Shown here: positions 29,014-43,329 of the stretch, piece after piece | Layout of the letters: every line of letters begins with the position of its first letter | Position numbering within the stretch: the stretch's first letter is position 1 | Assembly (NCBI GenBank): GCA_964016885.1 | Contig: OZ024742.1 | Coordinates: 363,692,001-363,756,000, forward strand | Source of the DNA: Eledone cirrhosa | Taxonomy: Eukaryota | Length of the DNA: 64,000 bases | Direction of reading: 5' to 3' | Notes under the pieces: model-generated | Told to the model about the DNA's origin: nothing | The model's database searches: none | Seen by the model: only the letters and a program-made list of their open reading frames with translations | Made by a program: the position numbers and the translations under genes

Positions 29014-29181
29014 GGGAAAAGGTTCAGGACCCCGACGGCAGAGCTCAAACCGTTTTGACGGTAATTTCTGGACTGCCGTCGGGGTCCTGAGTCTTTTCCT
29101 ATTACCCACTCTACTACCCAAAGTATCGAGTACTCTGTTGCGTTATGGTCCACCTGGTTCCTTACCACACTTCCTTCGTTA
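29004..29181. mobile_element. Penelope-type LTR tail, small fold-back
   Basis: CAGGACCCCGACGGCAG..CTGCCGTCGGGGTCCTG inverted pair; homologous to 19522-19657. Confidence 0.6.
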
Positions 29182-29205
29182 TATATATATAAAGAGAGAG
29201 AGAGA

Positions 29206-29272
<67 letters not shown>

Positions 29273-30439
29273 TGATACGTCAGTGTGTATAGATATATTC
29301 CATATACAAAATACTTTTTCCAAGGCAGTAGCCAATCCATGATGATAATAGAGGACCCTTGCATAAAGTGCCGTATAACAACCCCGATACATCTACTGTT
29401 GTGAAGAAAATTCCTTAAAAAAACCTGTCCCTGCTGACAGCTATTCTTTATTCTATTTTGATTTTACTTTCGTTGGTTACCTCTTTTCTAAAGGTCAGTA
29501 ATTGGCACAAGGTCAGTAATTGGAGAAGGAGAAAGTCGACTAAATCGACCCCAGTGCCTTATTGGTACATTATTTTATGACCCCCGGACTAACCCCGGTG
29601 GGATTTCAACACAGAAGGTAAAGGGCCGTAACTCTATGTCCATAACATGTTTTTCGCTGCTGTAGCGATTCCGCCAATCCACAGACCTAGTAGGGGCGTC
29701 TATAAATAATGGATTTTTGGTTATTTAGACATGAGTATTGTATGATACTCTTCAGAGAGTTTAAGATTACAAAAGTTTAAAGTAATTTTCAAACCCTGAT
29801 ACTCATCATTGCTACCCTGGTAGCGTTAAGCGACCAAGAGTGTAATACTTTCTTGGACAGGACATCAATATTTTCATGGCTAATCCTCAATTTCTGCTAC
29901 TGATCCACATCACCCCTTCCCCTCCGATTCTTCTGTGACCATAGACCCCTTACCTTTCCCTTCCTTTTCCATTTTAAAATATTTGTGGGGTTTTCTAATT
30001 ATTTTATATTCATTCATTCATCAGTTACTCATTATCTCTCCAGGAACCGATCACAAGATATTTTATAATCACAAGACAAATAACCCAATCACAAGTAAGT
30101 ATCTTAATATTTTCCTACTTCATATTTTCATGAAAAATATTTCTACAAATAACCAGTTTTCTAATGTAACTGAATCTGAGCCCGGCTCTTTGCTGTTTCA
30201 ACTCACGTAAGCAATAATTCTTTAGCTGTTATCATTCTTTGGCTGCGATCTAGGTTTCTACAAAAATACAATAGATTTTATTGTCCGTTGTATTTTGTTT
30301 TAGTACTCATAATGTTTTCATCAAAAGGCTTCTACAAAAAAACTAACCTGTTCTACAACTGGATTACCGCCTCGATGGATGCTGTTTCGATTCATATAAG
30401 CCAGCATTTATTTATGAGTTTGGGACACATTATATCATA

Positions 30440-30618
30440 TGGTGGATTGGCAGTATCGCTAGAGGGTCGGACGACATGCTTTGTAGCAAAGAGTTACGGC
30501 CCTTTATCGTCTGAATTCAATTCTCGCCGAGGTTAACTTTGCCTTTCATCCTTACAGGGTCGATAAAATAAAGTACCAGTAATACACTGGGATAATTGCT
30601 GGCCTTGTGCCAAAAGTT
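30440..30618 (+). mobile_element. SINE S1 with 23-bp TSD
   Basis: AGTTTGGGACACATTATATCATA at 30417-30439 and 30615-30637. Confidence 0.9.
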
Positions 30619-31096
30619 TGGGACACATTATATCATACTGATTTTAATAAAAATTAATGGGCCAGTGACTATGTTGTGACACTCACGATCAATGCTGTTG
30701 GTGTGTTGTGTTATTTTGAAGACACTTTATTTCAAGACGAAATTCCTAATAGGATTTCAGACTTCTATCAACAAACAATCTCGAAGCCTTCTATTTCATA
30801 CACATTCGTAAATCAGCATCGGTGTGAGCAACAATTTGTTGACTAGTAAATTATCGCCCATAAAAGGATGCCAAATACAACTTAGATAGGAGTGGCAACT
30901 CACATATCTCTTTTATCTACAGTAAACACTTTCCTTCGGTAGATATTTATCATATTCTCAACAGGAAAATTATATAAGAATAGTTATCTACAAAAGCAGT
31001 CTCTTTTCTAAATCTGTACAATAAACAACAGAGATATGTAAACACCTGTTAAAAGATAGCACCGATTATGACGCTTGAAATATATATGTAGGTATG

Positions 31097-31253
<157 letters not shown>

Positions 31254-31425
31254 GGATATTAAATATATATATATATATATATAAGGGGGCGGGGTAAAGG
31301 TGGTATTTGTGTAAAGGATGACAAATAAGAAAAACAATAATTGTTTATCCAGTATATTTCATCATTTTATTTGAAGGCAAAAACCTTTTCAAACGAGAAT
31401 CGATGCACTTGTGTGTGAGAGAGAA

Positions 31426-31538
<113 letters not shown>

Positions 31539-32071
31539 AAGAGAGAGAATGAGAAAGAGTCTGTGTGTGTGAGAGAGAGAGAAAGAGAGAGAGAAAAAGA
31601 GAAAGAGAACGAGGGAGAAATGAAAGCTTGTCTCAGGTCGTTGCAACTGCATTTTTAGCAATTTTTTCAATTCAAGCGAACTGAAACAACTTGGAATAAA
31701 GGGCCGTCCGTTCTTTGAATCGAACTCCCACCCTCATTGTCGTGCGTTCAACATTGTAACGACTAGGCGATGTACAACACACATTGTTTTAATAGTGTTA
31801 TTAATAAAAGAGAAACAATATTTGTCAACAGTAATGAATATAATTTCAATAAAGTTAGTCATATCATTCCTTTCTTATCAATATATATATTTAATCTTCA
31901 AGTTATAATAATGGTCTTCATTATTTATTTACAATATTTGTTTGTTATCCATATATAGCAATTTTCTTTCAGGCCAGTCAAGGAGAAAATGTGAAAGAAA
32001 GGATAAAAATAGAGATTCTTTCTTGCTAATAAATTTCCTACAAATCCAGTTATTTCTGATAATTATTATTC

Positions 32072-32105
<34 letters not shown>

Positions 32106-32994
32106 TCTTCTTCTTCTTCTTCTTCTTCTTCTTCTTCTTCTTCTTCTTCTTCTTCTTGATGTTGTTTTTGTTGCTTTTGTGGCTTTTGTTGTTGTTGTTG
32201 TTATTATCATTATTATTATTATTATCTATCATTCACTACTTGATCATTTCATTTCTATAGTTATTTTGTATGCAAAGGAGGGCATGAAATCTATTTTGAA
32301 AATAATATGCATAATAGAAAGAAAAACAGCCAATTCATGATGTGGCTTTTTTATCCTATTTTTTCTCTTATCAGATGTTTTAAAGTAATTTTTATATCTG
32401 GATATTTTAGAAATCAATCTTTAAAACTTCGTTGTTTTGCCAATAGTGTGTGTTTAGTTTTATCTCTGCTGGTTTATATATATATATTATATTATTTCAT
32501 TTTTCTCTAAAGATTTATAAAACCATATTTATGTTTTGTTCTGTATTAACATATTTCCAGTATTGACAATAAATGATGATATCATATGATAAATTTTGAG
32601 AAAAATCTTTTTAAAAATAAAGATTCTATATACGATAATTTTATCACCATATAGTTTTTAAAGGAATTGCTTTTTTAATCTGCATCTTCAATACTTTAAT
32701 ATCCTCGGCTCAATTTCTATATCACACATTTATATCTAAATGTTGGCATGATATTTTTAGTATAGGTTTTTCTTGAATACCAGAAAGCCTATATAAAGTA
32801 ACCATATTCATATTAGGGAGCCTCTAGGTTAGTGTTTCTAAATCTTTTTGATACTAAGCGCCATTGTGATTTACAAAGGACAAAGACACCCTCTATTATA
32901 ATCGACTAGAGATACAGCAGATTTCCAAGAAACACATTGAATTTGGGAAATGGTAATTACAAAACTTCTGCAAGGTAGAATTGATTTATTGTGA

Positions 32995-33030
32995 GTTATG
33001 TTTCAGGAAGCAGCCTTCATCAGGCATAAC
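32995..33030 (-). ncRNA. Degenerate hammerhead lacking stem III
   Basis: GTTATGC-CTGATGA-AGG ctgctt CCT-GAAA-CATAAC. Confidence 0.45.
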
Positions 33031-33064
33031 AGGAGAAGAAGTGAAGGCGAGATAAACTTTCGTT

Positions 33065-33095
<31 letters not shown>

Positions 33096-33768
33096 CGTTA
33101 CTAATGGTTTAAAATTTCGGATTCACAACAGCGATTGTACGGAAGGAAGAATTTTGGCATATTTATTCTATCGACCTCGGAAAGATAAAGAAATTTGAAC
33201 ATGGCGGGATTTGAAACTAGAAAGTGAAGAGCTGAACACATACAGAATATATTTGATACTCTACCGACCATATCTGGTATAAAAGGTTCTCAGTTCCAAA
33301 ACGCGCAGTCAATTTAAATTAACCAGGTTAACCTCGACAGACCACGGATGCAACATATTATTGAGATTTGAACTGTCCACATTATATGAAACGCCAGCCG
33401 TGTTGTCTACTAGAGCACCAAACGACCCACTGATTAAGAATTAATATCCAACTCATTGTTATTAGGAACGGGAGTGAAACGTTAATGTCCACGAAATATC
33501 ACTATTATATCAACTCCGTATCCAATAACAAGATTAAAAAGCCATTAAATTCTCGACAGCTATTCCATTAGTACCTTTCATATTGTTACACCGACCCAAG
33601 TAATATACATACATGAACACAAGTAGGAACAACATATAATGCATATATAAGAATCCATATGCATGTGCATATTTACTGACGAAAGTAGAAAGCAATAATG
33701 CCATCATTCACACACGAGTATGTATAACACATTCCGAAATCCTTCAAGCAAACTGCAACACCTTTAAG

Positions 33769-33920
<152 letters not shown>

Positions 33921-34349
33921 TAAGTATGTATGTACATATATATATATTTGTCAGTGTGTATATGAATGAGAAAGTGTATGATATAGTGTATGTGTATTAA
34001 TGAAATATGTATTTCATTAAGTGAATATTCTCCACTTTATTTCCAATGCAGAGAATTTCTAATTCTTACAATATTTACAATACTATAACAAAGCCAACCA
34101 CAATAAACAATTACAGTGAATCTCTGTGTTAACACAGAGATGCATTATAAAGAATGTCGGCTTTTGACGAGAGAAATACAGAGTAGAGCCTTGTTACATG
34201 TTTATACAATATGTAGCACACATTCGCATATACACGCACGTACACACACGTGAACACACACATATATATATATATATACATACATTGCATAATGTGTTGG
34301 TGATTACCTAACACATACTGGAATTAATTACATATATATATACACATAC

Positions 34350-34690
<341 letters not shown>

Positions 34691-34938
34691 GTATATATAT
34701 ATATATATATTGTTTTAACTTTTGCATGTATTCCACTCCGTGCTTTTGATTTTAATTTAATTTTTATTTTAGTTTGAATTTGAACTTGAGTGTTTGTACA
34801 ATTATTGTACAATTCTCGTAAAATATATGTCACATCCATTCTACCCTGTAAATACGAAACTGTTGCTCACATCAATTTATATGTATCTATATTATTGTTC
34901 AGTTGAACAGGAGGTTAATTATATGTGCAAACATTGAT

Positions 34939-34990
34939 AATGCTCCGATGAATCCAAACGAGAGTTTGTTAGAAACGATTATCAGCTATT
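34939..34990 (+). ncRNA. Degenerate hammerhead (CCGATGA core)
   Basis: AATGCT-CCGATGA-..CAAAC gaga GTTTG..-GAAA-cgatta-TC-AGCTATT; stem III mismatched. Confidence 0.4.
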
Positions 34991-35183
34991 AAATGATTTG
35001 AACACAACTTTGATAATTGTATAATGTATTTATTTTCCTGCTCTGTAAAACAACTGATGTTCATACATTGCGCTATTTCTCTTACTGGTAATAAGCTAAT
35101 TAAGAAATTACTGACCTTCCTGTTGTAGTTGTTTATACTATATACATAACTATAAATAGTATATATATATATATATATATATA

Positions 35184-35604
35184 TGACAAGTAAGTATGTT
35201 TTGAAACAGTGAGCAGGTTTGAAATTAGAAAATAGAATAGCTTTCACCGTATTCTTTTGACAAAAGAAATTTTAGTCTAATAATGGGGTTTAGAACCCTC
35301 AGATAAATGGAAAAAGATGAGTATTTATGTACATGGGTGTCGAACCCACATCTTTGGTTATCCAGACCACTGTGCTACCATTGCACCAACACATCTCCCA
35401 TCTCTTTCCATTCAAATTAGAAGCTACATTCTTAGCGAGTTTAAATGACAAGTAAGTATGTTTTGAAACAGTGAGCAGGTTTGAAATTAGAAAATAGAAT
35501 AGCTTTCACCGTATTTTTTTGACTAAAGAAATTTTAGTCTGATAATGGGGTTTAGAACCCTCAGATAAATGGAAAAAGATGAGTATTGATGTACATGGGA
35601 GTCG
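35184..35604 (-). repeat. 262-bp tandem unit (1.6 copies) carrying a tRNA-like cloverleaf
   Basis: GACAAGTAAG at 35185 and 35447; flanked by (TA)n. Confidence 0.85.
35325..35395 (-). tRNA. tRNA-like sequence / pseudo-tRNA (GGA at anticodon position, short variable loop)
   Basis: D arm GTGC aatggta GCAC; anticodon arm TGGT ctggata ACCA; T arm GTGGG ttcgaca CCCAT; weak acceptor stem. Confidence 0.5.
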
Positions 35605-35610
35605 TCACTA

Positions 35611-35644
<34 letters not shown>

Positions 35645-35689
35645 GTGACGAAACATAAGTCAATTGCATGAACTCATAATCCTTTATTT

Positions 35690-35745
35690 ACTGCCATATA
35701 TATTTCGATGATAGCCATTGAATGGCTATGACCTCATCAGGCAGT
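35690..35745 (-). ncRNA. Hammerhead with G at the cleavage position (probably inactive)
   Basis: ACTGC-CTGATGA-G..ATAGCCATT c AATGGCTAT..C-GAAA-TATATA-TG-GCAGT. Confidence 0.55.
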
Positions 35746-35795
35746 TAGTCAGTTCTTAGATATGCTAGCTCTGTGTTTATGGTGTTGATGGTAAG

Positions 35796-35861
<66 letters not shown>

Positions 35862-35863
<2 letters not shown>

Positions 35864-36200
35864 TGTAATCAGATCTGACTGATCAGCCAGCCTGCTAATA
35901 TGCAAATCAGGCCGATCAGTCACTGTTTATTTTTGAAAAAAGCATATATTTTCACTATCTCTGACAGTTTGGCAGGTGAATGGTGAGCTGTACTGATGAA
36001 GGGTGATAACCAGGAACATTAGTGTCTGCAGTTCTATTCACATGCCAACACAAGAACAAAAATCAAGGGTTCATTCTACTGACATGACTATACAATTGAG
36101 GCTTGTTTGCATCATTGCAAACTAATCGAATGTTATTATTAATATCCGAAAAACTCAGATTACGTTTATTGTATTCAGTCAAGTAGAGCGAAAATGTTCT
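35862..36200 (+). mobile_element. Old retrozyme-like element family D with degenerate HHR (35988-36031)
   Basis: ATGCAAAT 35900-35907; AAGCATATAT; CTGTA-CTGATGA-aggGT gata ACC-agGAA-cattagtg-TC-TGCAG. Confidence 0.55.
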
Positions 36201-36216
36201 TTTATATATACATATG

Positions 36217-36267
<51 letters not shown>

Positions 36268-36269
<2 letters not shown>

Positions 36270-36932
36270 AACTATAATAAAAGGAGGAGCGAAGGACTGC
36301 GTACGGTTTATAATTTTTCATCCCATTAGTAAAAGAAGTTGGATTACTTTGAATAAATAATTGTTTCTACTTTTAGGCACAAGGCCAGCAATTAACCAGT
36401 TCATTACTGGTACTTTATTTTATCGACCCCGTAAGGATGAAAGGCAAAGTCAACCTCGGCGGGATTTGATCTCAGATCGTAAAGGGACGTAACTATGCTG
36501 GAAAGCATGGCGTCCGACCCTCCACCGATACTGCCAATCCACTTTGAATAAATAATGAATGAATATTACATAATTCATCTACTAAATTTCGTGGCTGTTG
36601 ACTCAATATATTTTGTTTATTTCAAGATTCACTTCTTTAAAATTTCTGAAATGTCAACACTTCCGGTTGGCGATCGCTTAGATAAACATACTAATTTTCT
36701 GTCACTAATTTTTTCCTAATGCAGTTTATATAATATCGTCTGTTTTAATGTATCATGGATTACGTTACTGATTACATAAGAGAGTGTAACACAGTCTTCG
36801 TTCAATTTCTGTGTATATTGTCAATTACGATTTTGATGTATCATATCTACATGTATATATACTTGTGTATAATATCAATATACACACTACACACGCTAGC
36901 AGAAAACCACCCGAAGGGTGTTTTTTTGCTGG
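36268..36932 (+). mobile_element. Helitron H1 copy interrupted by a SINE
   Basis: Colinear with 13758-14165 plus 16385-16448; same 3' hairpin. Confidence 0.7.
36358..36541 (-). mobile_element. SINE S1 with TSD ACTTTGAATAAATAAT
   Basis: Direct repeat on both flanks. Confidence 0.9.
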
Positions 36933-37512
36933 TGTATATAATAGTTTTAATGTATACTTCGCTGGATTACGATTCTGAAGCACTACCTTAATTTATTTTC
37001 ATTACAAATTGTTGTAGGTTTAAGGCCGGAAATTTGTTACTGAGTTTCTGGCAACTGATTTTACTTAAATGTATCCTTAAATATTTGGCGCTCCCAGTAA
37101 TTAAGGCCTTCACTAAAGTTACTCTAAACATACTATTGTATATTTGTAGGCAAGTATTTATCTCACATTAATATCTCGAGATTTTGATATTATTTATTTT
37201 GAGAACAATAACTTAACATCATTATGCGTAGCAAATTACAGACGCTTTGAACAGGAATAGGCGAGAGAACTCTGGCCGGATACGGCCAGTTTGAATGCTA
37301 AAGTTTTAATTGCTTCGATGCAACAGGGTGTGTTTTGAGACTAAAATTGTGACCAATAAATCCAATCTGCTCAGAAATAAGGTTTTCCATAGAGTGATTA
37401 TAACCCCTGGTTTAGTTGTTACGAAATTTCGAAGGATTAATTCTATAAAATGTCCCCGTTAATAAGTCAGTTAATTTATATGTTGATTAGGGATCCCTCA
37501 TTTGTATCGTGA

Positions 37513-37970
37513 TTTCTGCGGTCAAATAATTGTTTCTACTTTTTGGCACATGGCCAGCAATTACCCAGTGCATTACTGGTACTTTATTTTATCAACCACG
37601 TAAGGATGAAAGGCAAAGTTAACCGCGGCGGGATTTGAACTCAGAATGGCAAGGGCCGTAACACTATGCGTCATAGCATGGCGTCCGACCCTCTACCAAT
37701 ACTGTCAATCCACCGCCATTTCTGCGGTCAAATAATGATTTCTAGTATAGGAACAAGGCCAGTAATTTGGAGGGACAGGGAAAGTCGAATAAATTGAGAC
37801 CAGTTCGTTACTGGTACTTTGTTTTATCGATCTCTTAAGGATGAAAGGCAAAGTTAACCTCGGCGGGATTTGAACTCAGACTGTAAAGGGCTGTAACTCT
37901 ATGCTGCAAAGCATGGTGTCCGTCTCTCTACCGATACTGCCAATCCACGGCCCTTCTGCGGTCAAATAAT
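37513..37970 (-). mobile_element. Two tandem S1 SINEs delimited by a triplicated target site
   Basis: TTCTGCGGTCAAATAAT at ~37514, ~37720 and 37954. Confidence 0.9.
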
Positions 37971-38927
37971 AGTTTGTGTTTATACACTCAGTAATAAGTC
38001 TGAAACTATGATACATTGATCTTCATAGTATTTCCATGTGTCCATCGATAAAATGAGGTTTATTTTAAAGTATGTCGGTATCTTCTGAAGTTTAAATAAC
38101 CATCGATATTTCTGCGTCGTAACTCGTTGGTGTGGCCGAGTATACCTGTGAGTTTATAAGCGATAGGTTGATGATAAATAGAAATGGTCCTAGGGCCGTG
38201 TCCTCCGGTATGTCACGTATTACAGGTGGCGTGGCAGAGGCAAAACTGTTTGCAGAAACAAATTCATGGAAACCTTATAGGAACTGAAAAACTATTCGAT
38301 GTGTCCCGACGTAAAGAAGCGACTGGAAGAAGGAAATAAAGAAAGACGGTGTACAAGAGAAGTTCAGACACATATTGAGAAAAGTTGTATGCCAGGTTAT
38401 ATTAGGATTCCATCTCCATTGCCATCTCCGTCACTTATAAAAAAATGTATAATAGACTTATTAAACCTTTTTCTCATCTTTCACGTCCATACATAGTTTC
38501 AATGAAGACCAACTACCACGTTGATGTGAACTTAAGTTCATGGGTTAATTTGTGACAAGCAATATATTTCTACATATAAAATATATTACTTTGACTTCTC
38601 AATTTTATTTCACTTATTTCTAATTTCCTTTGATATTTCGTTTTTGCATTTTTTTACCAATTTCTATAAATCAGTCTGATAGAAAATCTATTTAGTATCA
38701 AAGTCGATATAATTTATATGAAGAACAAAACGGGGTTACGACATATCGATACGTAATTCTATAGACCTACTACATCTAATGTCTACTTTAGTTTCTTTGT
38801 TTCCGCCAATAGTTGTATTTATGACCACGACAATGTATATGACTTGCTCCATGATTTTCCCCTTCTCTCTTTCTGTCTATCTCCATGCCCCCTCTCTCTC
38901 TCTTTTTTCTCTCTCTCTCTCCTTCTC

Positions 38928-39018
<91 letters not shown>

Positions 39019-39020
<2 letters not shown>

Positions 39021-39530
39021 AAGTATGTATGTATACGTACATACATATATGTATACAGACGAACAGTAGCATGCATATATATATATATATATATACATAC
39101 AGGTACACATACATATATGTACGTATCAGTTTAGCGGACGCTTATTATAACGCCCGCTTTGTTCGTTTGTAAACAAACTGAACAGCCTGAATTTATGCCG
39201 TACGGTGTTAAGGCAACCACGTCACCTTTTTGTTCAACACTGACACAGGAACGATGTACTAATTTCAAGCTTGTTAGCTATCATCAGCACAGTATACCCT
39301 TCTGCCAGATGGTTGAACGTTCGAAAGTATATACTTTCCTTATGAAAATTAACGGCTGAGCAGCCTAATTTGCATATCGAGTGAGTTCGGCCAGGCGTAC
39401 CGAGAACGATAAGTTGTAATAAAATGAAAACGAAATTTCATTTCTCACTCTTAGTACGGCACTTACTTAAATGTAAGTATGTATGTATACGTACATACAT
39501 ATATGTATACAGACGTACAGTAGCATGCAT
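39019..39530 (-). mobile_element. Retrozyme-like family A monomer (454-bp period) with terminal redundancy
   Basis: AAGTATGTATGTATACGTAC.. at 39021 and 39475; HHR 39252-39292; octamer 39368-39375. Confidence 0.85.
39252..39292 (-). ncRNA. Minimal type-I hammerhead ribozyme (family A)
   Basis: GTG-CTGATGA-tAGCT aaca AGCTt-GAAA-TTAG-TA-CAT. Confidence 0.7.
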
Positions 39531-39542
39531 ATATATATATAT

Positions 39543-40005
<463 letters not shown>

Positions 40006-41114
40006 GTATCATTCTTTCCTCTGACATCTAAACAGCGACACAATATTTCATATTATAGGGAAGATTGGCATCAATTGCAAAGGTCACAGTGTCGACCAAC
40101 AGCTTTGATTTGTACAACATGGAGAAATGAAAAGGTAAGTTTAGACTATGTCATTTAAGTTTAGAAGTAGAATAGCCTTAACTAAATGCAGTGGTGTATT
40201 TTATCACATGTATTACACATCTTGATAATTAACCTTGCTAAATATTATCTATAAACCATTGTTAATTTACAATAACAGACTGACAAAATATATGATTAAG
40301 TATTTCAGTAACACAATAGTGTTAATATTTGGAGAGAGTTGTTATAAAAGATATGTTTGTCGACTGTAGATATTAAGTTCTTTACGTTTTGATTTCATAT
40401 CCAACTGTCATCAACATTGTATCATCCTTCCTGGTTCGATAAAATAATGTACCAATGAAATACTGGAGTTGATGCAATTGTCTCACTGCTGATATTCAGC
40501 TTAATATTATAAAGTATATTTACTGCTATATATTGTGCCATCCGGTTGGATAAGAAAGAAATGGAAAAACTGCATAATAGATTAAATACTGCAATGTGTC
40601 TACTAAGTAATGGAAATTTCGCTAATCTGACATTTTATATATTATGTTAAATAATCTTGCATAAAATGGCGTAAAAAGCAGAAGAAAATGAAAGCTTGGC
40701 TGGAGTAACACAAGACTTAATTAAAACTCTCATCATATCATATTTAAAATTATTCAACAAAACTATTCAGTTTAATAAATTCCAATGAATTTTCCAATTT
40801 AACATTTTGTTAAATGCTATGAACTCGACGTTTAAGCATCACTATGACCGGGATTTCCATCAACGAACTACACAAAACTCTTTACGCTCTGAAATTCAAT
40901 TAAAATTTTCTTTCAAGAACAGGCTAATCCATGTTCAAGGATGGACCAAAATCAGTTCCAGGTGGCCAAGTCATTAATTGCATTTCAACACTCTTCCACA
41001 ATAATTTACACAATCTCTCTGTTTCTCTGTCAATTTATATTCATCCACACGCGTATAAACAGACACCAGCCCACACACATACATAGTCACTTCAGAATAC
41101 GTACATAGATACGC

Positions 41115-41146
<32 letters not shown>

Positions 41147-41159
41147 ATACACACACACA

Positions 41160-41241
<82 letters not shown>

Positions 41242-41528
41242 CAAATAACGAAACGAAATTAAATTTCGTTTCGCTTCTAACTCACTTTTGTATGACTGAC
41301 GCTTAAACAATTAAGTTAAAGTGTACATCTACATATGTATACGGAAGTACTAGTATGCATATAAATACACACATGTATACATATGTACATGTACTGAGTT
41401 TTTCACTAGACACTTTACAGTGAGTGTCCAGCTAGTCTGTATGTAACCAAACAGACGAACCGGGTTTTAAAGTCATACGAGTTTTCAAGGAAACACACTT
41501 CCTCCATTCTCCAGAGAGCCAGACAGGA

Positions 41529-41571
41529 ATATTGGACTAGTTTCGATGTTATTACATCTCATCAGCAATAT
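41529..41571 (-). ncRNA. Minimal type-I hammerhead ribozyme (family B)
   Basis: ATATTG-CTGATGA-GATGT aata ACATC-GAAA-CTAG-TC-CAATAT; canonical core, GUC site. Confidence 0.9.
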
Positions 41572-42214
41572 ATACCCATCTTCCGGCTTCTCTAGAGAAT
41601 TGTAAAAGCACATATCGTTATATGCTTTTTCTATGAAAATTAGTAGTGGGCAGACTAATTTGCATAGAACGTGAGTCATTGTACGCACCGGTTCAGCGGA
41701 AACGATAAAAACAAATAACGAAACGAAATTAAATTTCGTTTCGCTTCTAACTCACTTTTGTATAACATCGAAACTAGTCCAATATTCCTGTCTGGCTCTC
41801 TGGAGAATGGAGGAAGTGTGTTTCCTTGAAAACTCGTATGACTTTAAAACCCGGTTCGTCTGTTTGGTTACATACAGACTAGCTGGACACTCACTGTAAA
41901 GTGTCTAGTGAAAAACTCAGTACATGTACATATGTATACATGTGTGTATTTATATGCATACTAGTACTTCCGTATACATATGTAGATGTACACTTTAACT
42001 TAATTGTTTAAGCGTCAGTCATACAAAAGTGAGTTAGAAGCGAAACGAAATTTAATTTCGTTTCGTTATTTATTTTTATCGTTTCTGCTGAACCGGTGCG
42101 TACAATGACTCACGTTCTATGCAAATTAGTCTGCCCACTACTAATTTTCATAGAAAAAGCATATAACGATATGTGCTTTTACAATTCTCTAGAGAAGCCG
42201 GAAGATGGGTATAC

Positions 42215-42253
42215 ATTGCTGATGAGATGTAATAACATCGAAACTAGTCCAAT
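42215..42253 (+). ncRNA. Minimal type-I hammerhead ribozyme (family B)
   Basis: ATTG-CTGATGA-GATGT aata ACATC-GAAA-CTAG-TC-CAAT; GUC site after 42249; 3' half repeated at 41763-41783. Confidence 0.9.
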
Positions 42254-42475
42254 ATTCCTGTCTGGCTCTCTGGAGAATGGAGGAAGTGTGTTTCCTTGAA
42301 AACTCGTATGACTTTAAAACCCGGTTCGTCTGTTTGGTTACATACAGACTAGCTGGACACTCACTGTAAAGTGTCTAGTGAAAAACTCAGTACATGTACA
42401 TATGTATACATGTGTGTATTTATATGCATACTAGTACTTCCGTATACATATGTAGATGTACACTTTAACTTAATT

Positions 42476-42584
<109 letters not shown>

Positions 42585-42820
42585 TATATATATATACATA
42601 TATATATAAATGAGAGGTATAGAGATTGTTTTAGCGAGAAGCTAATAGTATTCTATAACATATATGCGACTATAACGTCAAGATGGGAAAAGTAGTTAAC
42701 GTAAGATTTAGGAAAAATAATTCAAACTCATCTCAAAAGAGAATCAGGATACAAATTCATCCACAGAATTTAGTGAAATCCAGGGAAAAATCAATAGACC
42801 TTTAACTCATGTATATATAC

Positions 42821-42853
<33 letters not shown>

Positions 42854-43057
42854 AAAGTCTATCTCTCACTTTCTCTTTCTCTCTCTTCTTTCTTTCTTCT
42901 TTCCTTTTTTTCTGTCTTATATTTCTTTTTCCCTTTTCTCCTTCTTCTTTCCTTTTCTTCTATTTTCCTATATTTTTCTTACTCTTATATTTCCGCCATA
43001 TGTAGACTGGAAACTTTCTTGTTTACAAGTGTTTTTAGGCCTCATATCATGTTACCT

Positions 43058-43127
43058 TATTTTATCTGATGAGAACACAATTTTAGTCCCAGGATGATAT
43101 TGTTTTCGAAATGCGCATAATAAAATA
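43058..43127 (+). ncRNA. Type-I hammerhead in a Penelope 5' pseudo-LTR
   Basis: TATTTTAT-CTGATGA-GAACACAAT..ATTGTTTTC-GAAA-TGCGCA-TA-ATAAAATA; about 200 nt upstream of the Penelope ATG. Confidence 0.85.
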
Positions 43128-43329
43128 TATGGAACTTTTTTAACCATCTTTTAATTTCTTCTTTAATATATACTCCAGTTCTACCAACTGTTGAGTGCTA
43201 CTTATCTGATATATGCATAGTTTTATTGTTCTACAATATTACTCACCTTCTACATTAACCTGTTCCTTGATTGTTTGAACGCTAACTCTTATATCGGATA
43301 TTATTGATGGTCTCTACTTCTATTATAAC

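Noticed and set aside
35240-35310. Hammerhead within the 262-bp tRNA-like unit
   Set aside because: Only CTGAGGG / CTGATAA-like cores without properly placed stems
41485-42299. Duplicated 67-aa ORF MRTMTHVLCK..
   Set aside because: It has a GTG start, overlaps the octamer and HHR, and is duplicated only because the monomer is; no protein motif is recognisable
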